64,000 nt of DNA, from assembly GCF_964194025.1 (NCBI RefSeq), contig NC_134474.1:65534001-65598000 (forward strand), in the 5' to 3' direction. The position numbers and the translations under genes are program-made. Below are positions 50,901 to 62,900 of this stretch, piece by piece. This DNA comes from Convolutriloba macropyga (Eukaryota). Position 1 is the stretch's first letter, and each line of letters starts with the position of its first letter. The notes beneath the pieces are model-generated. The model made no database searches and had not been told where the DNA came from. It worked only from the letters and a program-made list of their open reading frames with translations.

Positions 50901-53900
50901 CCGGAGAAGTGCTCGTATTCCTAGACAGTCACATTGAAGCATCTCATGGGTGGTTGGAACCTCTTCTACACGAGATCAAGTAGGGAACATTTTTTTCCAA
51001 TTTTTAGTCCTTGAACTCGGTAATGGACTACGAAGAAAAATAATGTATTGTATGCATTTCTCCGAGTTTCTTTATTACACAATAGTAAAGTGATATTTAT
51101 TAAGAGCCGCCCTCATCTTCTCAGCCGGCTATTATAGCGCTCCTAATTTTTTTTACAATTCAAAGAATTTGAATTGTATTGGGGCGCTGTCTTTTTTTAA
51201 GATCTGTTCACACATTTTCATGATTTTTGAATCAAATTGGAGTAGTGATTTTGGTCATGCCGAAACAGGAAATGGAGCGAAAAAGCGAGTGGTTTTGCGG
51301 AGTGAAATTTTTTCGCTCTAATTTTAAAGTAGAGTGAGAAAACGGTGTTTGAACAAAAATTCGCTTTCTCGCTAGTGGTTTTTTGTTCACATGCGGCAGT
51401 TTCACGTTGGTTTTTACTGTTTTTTCAATTTTTTGGATTGGATTTTTTCTAAATGGTTTTTCCAGTCCATTGATAGTTCATTCTAGGCCTACTTTATTGT
51501 TTGAACCAAATTTTCATTTCTCGTTAGTGGTTTTTTTGTTCACCTGCGGCATTTTGACATTGATTTTCTGTTTTTTTTTTTAATTTTTTTAGAACTGTTT
51601 TTAGCAATTCACTAATAGTACGTTCTAGGTCTAGTTTTTTTGTTTCGTCAATGAAAATTCTTTGAATTGTACGTTAGGACTTGTCCTGCTATGTTTTTTT
51701 TGTAAGATCACACCTTTTTTCTTGACTTCGATCCATCAAAACGGGATAAATAGGTAAAGCTCAGCAGGCAATTTTCTTAGAGGCCCTTAGCCGCGTTTAG
51801 TTAATTAGTTTAATTAGTTTTCCCGATCCTTTCATAGTGCATTCTAGGCCTAGTTTTTTGTTTGAAAAAAATTTCCATCTGATTTTTGAGAAATGGTTTT
51901 CCCAATTCACTCATAGTCCTTCTAGGTCTAGTTCTTGTTTAGTCAATGAAAATTCTTTGAATTGTACGTCAGGACTTGTCCTGCTATGTTTTTTTACTTC
52001 GTCGAACAAAAAAATGTTTCGCTTTACCTCATTTTGCCGCTTTTTCAACATTTTGCGTGATATCTTTTTGACTTCTCTAGGCTAGTTTATCTCTTCTCTC
52101 ATTCTGCTAAAAGTGATTTTGAACATCAGTTGCTCAGCAAAGCAATTCAAAATGAACAGAGTCAGTATAAAAAATTGAAGTCAGAAATAGAAACGGGATA
52201 AAGCCCAATTTTAGATGCCCGCTATTTGAACGTCGTTCCTATAAGTCTTGGTTACCATCTCTAATTCTTATTGGTATTGATAGTAGCCCCTGTAGCCTCT
52301 CTTTAAGAAACAGAAGTATGTTCAACTACGAAATGCCATCTAAATAAATCGGACTTAAAAAATGGTTTTTGTACAACAATCTTTTTTAATAGCCGCACAG
52401 CGATAGCTGGGGCTATTATTGGCCTTCTCTTGGTTTTTTACAATTCAAAGAATTTGAATTGTATTGGGGCGCTGTCTTTTTTTTTAAGATCTGTTCACAC
52501 ATTTTCATGACTTTTGAAGTCAAATTGGAGTAGTGATTTTGGTCACGCCGAAACAGTAAATGGAGCGTAAAAGCGAGTGGTTTTGCGGCGTGAAATTTCT
52601 TCGCTCTAGTTTTAAAGTAGAGTGAGAATACGGTGTTTGAACAAAAATTCGCTTTATCGATAGTGGTTTTTTGTTCACATGCGGCAGTTTCACGTTGGTT
52701 TTTACTGTTTTTTCAATTTTTTGGATTGGATTTTTTCTAAATGGTTTTTCCAGTCCATTGATAGTTCATTCTAGGCCTACTTTATTGTTTGAACCAAATT
52801 TTCATTTCTCGTTAGTGGTTTTTTTGTTCACCTGCGGCATTTTGACATTGATTTTCTGTTTTTTTTTAAATTTTTTTAGAACTGTTTTTAGCAATTCACT
52901 AATAGTACGTTCTAGGTCTAGTTTTTTTGTTTCGTCAATGAAAATTCTTTGAATTGTACGTTAGGACTTGTCCTGCTATGTTTTTTTTGTAAGATCACAC
53001 CTTTTTTCTTGACTTCGATCCATCAAAACGGGATAAATAGGTAAAGCTCAGCAGGCAATTTTCTTAGAGGCCCTTAGCCGCGTTTAGTTAATTAGTTTAA
53101 TTAGTTTTCCCGATCCTTTCATAGTGCATTCTAGGCCTAGTTTTTTGTTTGAAAAAAATTTCCATCTGATTTTTGAGAAATGGTTTTCCCAATTCACTCA
53201 TAGTCCTTCTAGGTCTAGTTCTTGTTTAGTCAATGAAAATTCTTTGAATTGTACGTCAGGACTTGTCCTGCTATGTTTTTTTACTTCGTCGAACAAAAAA
53301 ATGTTTCGCTTTACCTCATTTTGCCGCTTTTTCAACATTTTGCGTGATATCTTTTTGACTTCTCTAGGCTAGTTTATCTCTTCTCTCATTCTGCTAAAAG
53401 TGATTTTGAACATCAGTTGCTCAGCAAAGCAATTCAAAATGAACAGAGTCAGTATAAAAAATTGAAGTCAGAAATAGAAACGGGATAAAGCCCAATTTTA
53501 GATGCCCGCTATTTGAACGTCGTTCCTATAAGTCTTGGTTACCATCTCTAATTCTTATTGGTATTGATAGTAGCCCCTGTAGCCTCTCTTTAAGAAACAG
53601 AAGTATGTTCAACTACGAAATGCCATCTAAATAAATCGGACTTAAAAAATGGTTTTTGTACAACAATCTTTTTTAATAGCCGCACAGCGATAGCTGGGGC
53701 TATTATTGGCCTTCTCTTGGTTTTTTACAATTCAAAGAATTTGAATTGTATTGGGGCGCTGTCTTTTTTTTTAAGATCTGTTCACACATTTTCATGACTT
53801 TTGAAGTCAAATTGGAGTAGTGATTTTGGTCACGCCGAAACAGTAAATGGAGCGTAAAAGCGAGTGGTTTTGCGGCGTGAAATTTCTTCGCTCTAGTTTT

Positions 53901-56900
53901 AAAGTAGAGTGAGAATACGGTGTTTGAACAAAAATTCGCTTTATCGATAGTGGTTTTTTGTTCACATGCGGCAGTTTCACGTTGGTTTTTACTGTTTTTT
54001 CAATTTTTTGGATTGGATTTTTTCTAAATGGTTTTTCCAGTCCATTGATAGTTCATTCTAGGCCTACTTTATTGTTTGAACCAAATTTTCATTTCTCGTT
54101 AGTGGTTTTTTTGTTCACCTGCGGCATTTTGACATTGATTTTCTGTTTTTTTTTTTTTAATTTTTTTAGAACTGTTTTTAGCAATTCACTAATAGTACGT
54201 TCTAGGTCTAGTTTTTTTGTTTCGTCAATGAAAATTCTTTGAATTGTACGTTAGGACTTGTCCTGCTATGTTTTTTTTGTAAGATCACACCTTTTTTCTT
54301 GACTTCGATCCATCAAAACGGGATAAATAGGTAAAGCTCAGCAGGCAATTTTCTTAGAGGCCCTTAGCCGCGTTTAGTTAATTAGTTTAATTAGTTTTCC
54401 CGATCCTTTCATAGTGCATTCTAGGCCTAGTTTTTTGTTTGAAAAAAATTTCCATCAGATTTTTGAGAAATGGTTTTCCCAATTCACTCATAGTCCTTCT
54501 AGGTCTAGTTCTTGTTTAGTCAATGAAAATTCTTTGAATTGTACGTCAGGACTTGTCCTGCTATGTTTTTTTACTTCGTCGAACAAAAAAATGTTTCGCT
54601 TTACCTCATTTTGCCGCTTTTTCAACATTTTGCGTGATATCTTTTTGACTTCTCTAGGCTAGTTTATCTCTTCTCTCATTCTGCTAAAAGTGATTTTGAA
54701 CATCAGTTGCTCAGCAAAGCAATTCAAAATGAACAGAGTCAGTATAAAAAATTGAAGTCAGAAATAGAAACGGGATAAAGCCCAATTTTAGATGCCCGCT
54801 ATTTGAACGTCGTTCCTATAAGTCTTGGTTACCATCTCTAATTCTTATTGGTATTGATAGTAGCCCCTGTAGCCTCTCTTTAAGAAACAGAAGTATGTTC
54901 AACTACGAAATGCCATCTAAATAAATCGGACTTAAAAAATGGTTTTTGTACAACAATCTTTTTTAATAGCCGCACAGCGATAGCTGGGGCTATTATTGGC
55001 CTTCTCTTGTTTTTTTACAATTCAAAGAATTTGAATTGTATTGGGGCGCTGTCTTTTTTTTTAAGATCTGTTCACACATTTTCATGACTTTTGAAGTCAA
55101 ATTGGAGTAGTGATTTTGGTCACGCCGAAACAGTAAATGGAGCGTAAAAGCGAGTGGTTTTGCGGCGTGAAATTTCTTCGCTCTAGTTTTAAAGTAGAGT
55201 GAGAATACGGTGTTTGAACAAAAATTCGCTTTATCGATAGTGGTTTTTTGTTCACATGCGGCAGTTTCACGTTGGTTTTTACTGTTTTTTCAATTTTTTG
55301 GATTGGATTTTTTCTAAATGGTTTTTCCAGTCCATTGATAGTTCATTCTAGGCCTACTTTATTGTTTGAACCAAATTTTCATTTCTCGTTAGTGGTTTTT
55401 TTGTTCACCTGCGGCATTTTGACATTGATTTTCTGTTTTTTTTTAAATTTTTTTAGAACTGTTTTTAGCAATTCACTAATAGTACGTTCTAGGTCTAGTT
55501 TTTTTGTTTCGTCAATGAAAATTCTTTGAATTGTACGTTAGGACTTGTCCTGCTATGTTTTTTTTGTAAGATCACACCTTTTTTCTTGACTTCGATCCAT
55601 CAAAACGGGATAAATAGGTAAAGCTCAGCAGGCAATTTTCTTAGAGGCCCTTAGCCGCGTTTAGTTAATTAGTTTAATTAGTTTTCCCGATCCTTTCATA
55701 GTGCATTCTAGGCCTAGTTTTTTGTTTGAAAAAAATTTCCATCTGATTTTTGAGAAATGGTTTTCCCAATTCACTCATAGTCCTTCTAGGTCTAGTTCTT
55801 GTTTAGTCAATGAAAATTCTTTGAATTGTACGTCAGGACTTGTCCTGCTATGTTTTTTTACTTCGTCGAACAAAAAAATGTTTCGCTTTACCTCATTTTG
55901 CCGCTTTTTCAACATTTTGCGTGATATCTTTTTGACTTCTCTAGGCTAGTTTATCTCTTCTCTCATTCTGCTAAAAGTGATTTTGAACATCAGTTGCTCA
56001 GCAAAGCAATTCAAAATGAACAGAGTCAGTATAAAAAATTGAAGTCAGAAATAGAAACGGGATAAAGCCCAATTTTAGATGCCCGCTATTTGAACGTCGT
56101 TCCTATAAGTCTTGGTTACCATCTCTAATTCTTATTGGTATTGATAGTAGCCCCTGTAGCCTCTCTTTAAGAAACAGAAGTATGTTCAACTACGAAATGC
56201 CATCTAAATAAATCGGACTTAAAAAATGGTTTTTGTACAACAATCTTTTTTAATAGCCGCACAGCGATAGCTGGGGCTATTATTGGCCTTCTCTTGGTTT
56301 TTTACAATTCAAAGAATTTGAATTGTATTGGGGCGCTGTCTTTTTTTTTAAGATCTGTTCACACATTTTCATGACTTTTGAAGTCAAATTGGAGTAGTGA
56401 TTTTGGTCACGCCGAAACAGTAAATGGAGCGTAAAAGCGAGTGGTTTTGCGGCGTGAAATTTCTTCGCTCTAGTTTTAAAGTAGAGTGAGAATACGGTGT
56501 TTGAACAAAAATTCGCTTTATCGATAGTGGTTTTTTGTTCACATGGCGGCAATTTCACTTTGATTATTTCTGTTTTTTCAATTTTTTGTATCGGACTTTT
56601 TTCTAAATGGTTTTCCCAATCGATTCATAATCCGTTCTAGGTCTAGTTTTCTGTTTAGTCAATGAAAATTCTTTGAATTGTACGTCAGGACTTGTCCTGC
56701 TATGTTTTTTTTATTTCGTCGTCATGATTTTTGTTACGACCATATGACGTCACAGCCACTTTTTGTTCATTCGTTCATGCAATTTCAACTGAATTGCATT
56801 TGTGACGTCATTTTTCGCTCTTAGTGGAGCGAGCTTTTTTGTTCATTCGCGTGATTAAATTTTTGGTCACACTTGACTTACCTCACTCTCAAAAGTGACT

Positions 56901-59900
56901 TCCTCACTTGAAATTGACTTTTATTTACTTAAATTCAAAGAGATAAGGTCAAATGGGTGTGTGTCACTCTAAATGAAGGTTATTTGAGATCAGCTAATAG
57001 AGGCAGCAATAACTTATACAGATTTTTAATCAAAATATACCAGATCAGCCTTCAATGAAAGGACAAATTTTTTTGGTCTGTCTTTTTTACTGTTTTTTTT
57101 TAGACTGCCTATCTCCGAATCTATTGCGGCTATTTTCTGGCAATCTGCCAGCTATGTTTTTCAATATCTTCTATTCTTTCAATCCCAATCATGCTTATTG
57201 GAATCAACGGCGGCTATTTCGCTGCAATCTGCCGGGTATGTTAAACAGGAATACTTGGAGATTAGACGTAACAGTAATAGATAGGTCTCCGCCCAAAGAG
57301 ACAACATTAATGCCTTGATGTAGAATCTTGATTAGAATAAAGACAATTTTAATTCATTTCATTTATATTTCTGATTGCCGCAAGAGGTTTGGTTCAACTG
57401 ACAGAGTTACTCTTGAGATTTTTCCAGAAATAGATGTTTCGTGTAGTTAATATTTTCGCAAGTATATTGAGTTATACTGTGTTGCATAATTTGCGCTTTA
57501 TTTTTTGACCTGGTTTGTGTTATTTATTAGGGAGGACAGAACGAGAGTTCCAGTGCCTACAATAGACAACATAAATTTGGACACGTTCCAGTACGGGATT
57601 GTGGACGGGGCACCTCAGGTGGGTGGGTTTACGTGGTCTCTCACTTACTACTGGTATGGGATGACTGCTTCCGAGAGGAAGAGAGTGGACGGTGACTTCA
57701 GTCTACCTGTCAGGTTGGAAAATAATCTTATTCAGGACGAATGTTAAAGAGTTCCGAGAAACACTTTACAGAAACCATAATCATAGGCGAACTGAACTGA
57801 GTTTGAATGTAATTCAACGCGGATCGGTAATTTGCGTTCACACCATGTTCAAAATCGTAAATCAAATAAAATTTCAAAAGTCCACACTTTTTATCACAGA
57901 TGCATATCTTCAATTATGCTTTAGACATAGTTATGCCGTTGCTTAATGAAATAGCTGAGCAATAGAGGTCAGAATAATTGTTTTTAATTGCTCTCAAACG
58001 AAGTTTGTATCAATTATATTAGTCCTGTTGGCCTTTTTTATGCGATTTTTCGCTTGACCGAATTTTCGTCTGACGCTTTTCGTCCTCAAAAACGGGATAA
58101 ACAGGTAGCGCCCAGCGGGCATTAAGTGCTCTTAGAGCCTTTCAACTCTGTTTCAGTTCACTGTTTTGGAGACTTATACTTATGGTGTGAAGGGCGGTTC
58201 TTAGAGGTTGAAGAGCACCCCCACTGTTGACCCCCCCACCGCGCTGTTGCCCCCACCCCACTGTTGCCCCCTCCCTCGCCAATAGCCCCCCCCCCCCCCC
58301 CCCCCCCCCGTTTTAATATGAAAAATTTTAGCGATTTTTTTTTGATAAAACTTTTCAGTTTTTTGAATTTTTTTTCGGTTTTTGGGTTTTTCCATTTTGG
58401 CCTCAATTGCTGAGGAACCTTCTCTAGGGTTTGATTATAGGTTACCGCATAGCTTCTAGATGTAGGAGAACGTTTTAAGATTTTAATATCAGCAATTTTT
58501 GCAAAATATTTGCAATTGTTTCAAGGTTTTTGAATCTTTTTAAATTTTTCCTGCAGCATGGTCCTAGGGACCTCCTCCAAGGTTTGATATTAAGCTTTCG
58601 CATATTATTGGAATGGTTATCAATATTTAAATGACTCCAGCTTTAGCAATTTTTCGATAGAAATTTATTTTTTTCAAATTTTTGGAAACTTATTATCATG
58701 TTCCAAGTTATAGATCTTTATGAGCCAGCGAAATTATTTAAAGCTTGAAATAGTGATACTGGATAATCTTTTCTGACAATGAATGTTGTCGTTTTTTTGT
58801 CACGAGTTTAAGCAATTTTTTCATAAAATATAATTTTTCAAATTTTCAGAAAATTATTATCTTGTTCCAAGTTTATGGATCCTTATGAGCCAGTGAAACT
58901 ATTGAGGGCCTGAAATACAGATACCGGATAGTCCCTTGAGACTATGGAAATGTTCTGAAGATATTATTATCTCATATTTTAGCCAGATTTTGTTAATTTA
59001 TTTGTTGAATTTTTTTTTTCGTTTTCTGAGTTTAACGATCATTACTGGCCAACGAAGCTTTTTCAAGTCTTGCAGATGGGTTACCTAAAATAACTCCAGA
59101 GACAAAAAATTGTTTTGAGTATTTGCACTGCGAAATTTGGAACATTTTTAAATTTTGCAGTATTTTGCAAATTTTTAAAACATAAGATTTTTTTGATTTA
59201 TTTAATAACTAGGCTATAAAACCAAGTTGCAGAGTCGAATCAAGATAAAAATAGCCTCAATAAACCGTGGCTAGCTACTGACGAAGCCAACTGCTCGCCG
59301 GTCGTTTGAGAGCAATTCGCCGGACGTTAGTCGGTTATGTTATTTTTTGTCTAACAACAAGAAAAATGAAGAAAACATAGAACATAAAAAATAAAAACTA
59401 GAGCTTTCTCAAATGAATATCTGAAAGTCAAATAAAGCAAATTGTCCTAATTGACTCTGGACAAAAAATTCGTATTCCGTTTATTATTTAAACATACTAA
59501 AACTAAAAAACCTTTAAGCTCAAATCTCTGGAAATGAAGCGAATGGGTAAAGCTCAAACAACTGTAAATGAAATTGGTTGATGAAAAAAAGTTTTAAAGA
59601 AAAGAATTAAAAATCTGCTTTTCTTCATGCTTTATCCAGCTCACCCTTTTTAGAAGAAAAAAATCGCACAACAATCAAATAGCGGCATATCAGAAAACTC
59701 ATAGAAAGTTACGGATAATTTATAAAGTCACGATTCTTGTGAACAATTTTTTTATCTGGGTAGGAAAAGCGAGAGCTATCATTGATCTGTAGTTTTGATT
59801 AATCTTGAATGAAGTTTGACGTAATTAATTGTACTTTTTATTGCCCTCGAACAAAGTTTCTAGCAATTCTATTGGTCCTCTTTTTTTCCACTACCGATTT

Positions 59901-62900
59901 CGGTCCGGCCGCTTTTGTCGGACTATCGAATTTTCTGACCTTTTGTCTTAAGAAACGGGATAAACTGGTGAATTCCGAGAATTCTAATTTGCTGAGCACT
60001 TCTTTAAGAGGTTTACTAGTTCTTTAAGTGTGACTCACTGAAACTGTTAAGAAGACTTAATTTAATGATGTGAAGGTCAATCTGTGGAGTTTCAGATCAC
60101 TGTGGATTTGAGAGCTATTTGTCCGACGTTAGTCGGTTATGTTTATCTTTTACGTCCTTGAAATTTTAAGTTTTGCGTGAGTTATGTTGCTTTTAAATTC
60201 ACAATTTTAAGCAACTGATCTCAATTGGCGGAAGTTTACAACTAAAAATCAAATGTGTGCCTAAATAGCCTTTGTTATCACTTTAAATCTTAGTAGTTGT
60301 CAATACTCTATATGAAGCTAGCAAATTACTCTATTGGAGTTAACAAATTCATTGCTCATCATAGTAAGCTACATTTTGTCTACAATTTCGCTTGCGCTAA
60401 AATTGGTTCAGTCTTTTCTTTGAAAATTATGTGGTTGCCTACTGCAAGCTCTAATATTGGAAGCACCCAAGGCAATTTATTACCCGCATCTGCTAACAAC
60501 TACCTAAGTTGTCTACTATAGACTTATGCCCCCGGCAGTCATTCAAACGGGATTCGTTTTGTAAATGAGTTCTGAAATTTTTATCTGAAACATCTAAATT
60601 TCAAAAGAGGGCTTTTATTTGCGAGTCTTTCTCCAAGTTGTCATCTGAAAACTAAACTCTTTCCAAAGCTGATCTGTCGAGTTTTCAGGATTATCAAACT
60701 GTCAATTTACTTTTTTGCTTACTGGTTTTCCCCAGCGAAGATTAAAGTTTATTGTGGCTATCTTTTTGCAAGCTAAAAACTATTGGATCTAAACTGCACT
60801 TTCGGTGCACTGATAAACTCTTAAGTCGTGCTTTATTGTGTTTAATTGCACTTGAACGAAGTTCATAGCAATTATTGTAAACGTGTTGGTCTTTTTAATG
60901 CAAATTTTTGGCTTGACAATTTCGCGCTGTTCTTCTAGAACAATCTTTGACTTCTCAAGTGACTTTTCACGCTTTCGTTCTTCATTTTTGAGTGATCTCT
61001 ATTGCTCTCACTCCGAAGTGAAGGTTGTTGCTAATATATAATCGGTTGCAGTATTGCAACAATAAGTGAATCATAGCGTAGTGGTTAGTGCGGGTGGCTA
61101 TAGAGGGGGAGGTTCGAATCCCGTTGGCGGTAAGGAATTTTTTGCACGCATAAAGAAAAATAGATTTAGGCTACAGACCCTGAATTAAATTGCCTCGCCT
61201 GTCGTTCAAGGGCAATTCTTCCGACATTTGACGGTTTATGTTTTGTTTAGGAGTCCTGCAATGGCCGGAGGCTTGTTTGCAATAGATCGCAGCTACTTCT
61301 ACGAGGTTGGCAGCTACGATGCAGAAATGGAGATATGGGGTGGTGAAAATGTCGAAATGTCTCTCAGGGTTAGCTAATGTTATCACAATCTCCAGGTCAA
61401 CTTTTAAGTAACTGAAATGGTGTTAACTACATGTTTCTCTGCAAAAAGATTTCTGGCGTTCTCAAGATAACTGAAATTATAAAGCAAGCGTAGGTACAAG
61501 TCAAGACAGAATTCCTTTGATTTTTTGATTGATTTTTAACTTGGAAAGAAAAATTATCCATCGAGATCTGTTGGTTGAGAGATTTCCAAGTTTTGCAAGA
61601 GTCTCAAAAGCAGTTTTGGAAAACTTTTTCCTTCATGTGTTCTGTTTCAGCTGGGAAGTAAGATTCTAAAATTACCCGAATTATAACAAAAATCTGTAGG
61701 AATTGTTTTGCATAAAAAATGTTTTGCTGACCGTTCAAATCATTTTTGTATTTAAACGAGGTGAGTTGATGGTGCTGTTCATTGCATCAATTATTCTTTC
61801 TTACTGTCTCTTCGAGGGTGAAAAATCCCCGTCAAATTTGATGTTTAGATATGGCAATGTGGTGGTAGTATCTGGATTCTGCCCTGTTCCAAAGTGGGTC
61901 ATGTGTTCCGGAAACAGTCTCCCTACGGTTGGCCGGGGGGAGTGTCCAAAATTCTGGGCAAGAACAACCGGAGACTGGCAGAAGTGTGGTTGGACGACTA
62001 TATTCAATTCTGGTAATGCTCTCGAAACAAATATTTGCCCTAAAAAATTACAGCTAAAGTAATTTTGTTGCAATTATATTAGTATTGTGGTCTTTGCGAT
62101 TTTTCGCTTGACCGATTTATCGTCTGGCCCTTTTGACTTTTTGTCCTCCAAACCGGGATGAACAGGTTTACTATACCTTGCGGCTTTCTACATAAACAGG
62201 CTAGATAAACATTGCGGCTTGCTAGACTCTTAAGTATGCAATTCACTGGAACTGTTTTGGAGAACATAACTTGGTGTGAAGGGTGGCTACCAACGTTTGA
62301 CCGCCCTCCCCGTACTTCGCCCCCTCCCCCATATCAGCCCCCTTCACCGCCGCCCCCTATCCCCACCCCTGCCCATCGTTCCACCCGTAACCCCTGAGCT
62401 CCCCTCAGATCCGAGTCAGTGGCAAAACCTAGAAATTTTCGACGTTAAAATTGATTGAAACGAGGCCGCAGTCCGAGTGAAACCATTAATAACAAAATTC
62501 GAAACCAGTAGCTTATTGTATTGTGCTGAATTTACAGGTGTTCGTGCTTCTTGCATGCGTTAATAAAGCTGTCCGACAAACAAAACTGTAATTTGAAATA
62601 AGATTACTTATTATCGGGCGGTTTACGTAATATTCAGAACGTAACAGGCAAGATTATTGGATTGTTAGCGTAACATTCAGTGTTAAGGACCAGTTCTGCT
62701 CGTAGTACTGCTATATTAACGGTTACAAAAATGACGCGCATCTGTAACTTAACTTTTTATGTGGAACTTTTTAATTGCTCTCGAGCGAAGCTTGAGGTAA
62801 TTATTGTAAACGCGTGGGTCTTTTTTGATTTAAAATTTGTTGCCTGACCATTTTTGCGCCTCTTTTCGAATACATTTTTTGACTTCTTGAGTGTCCTTTT

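Noticed and set aside
58158-58406. Gly- or Pro-rich ORFs here and at 62212-62458 and 63244-63717
   Set aside because: They are translations of poly-C/poly-G tracts within transposon cargo.
61068-61135. Functional tRNA gene
   Set aside because: The A-B box spacing is short, there are no proper acceptor or anticodon stems, and it is embedded in a repeat. It is kept as a tRNA-derived cassette.
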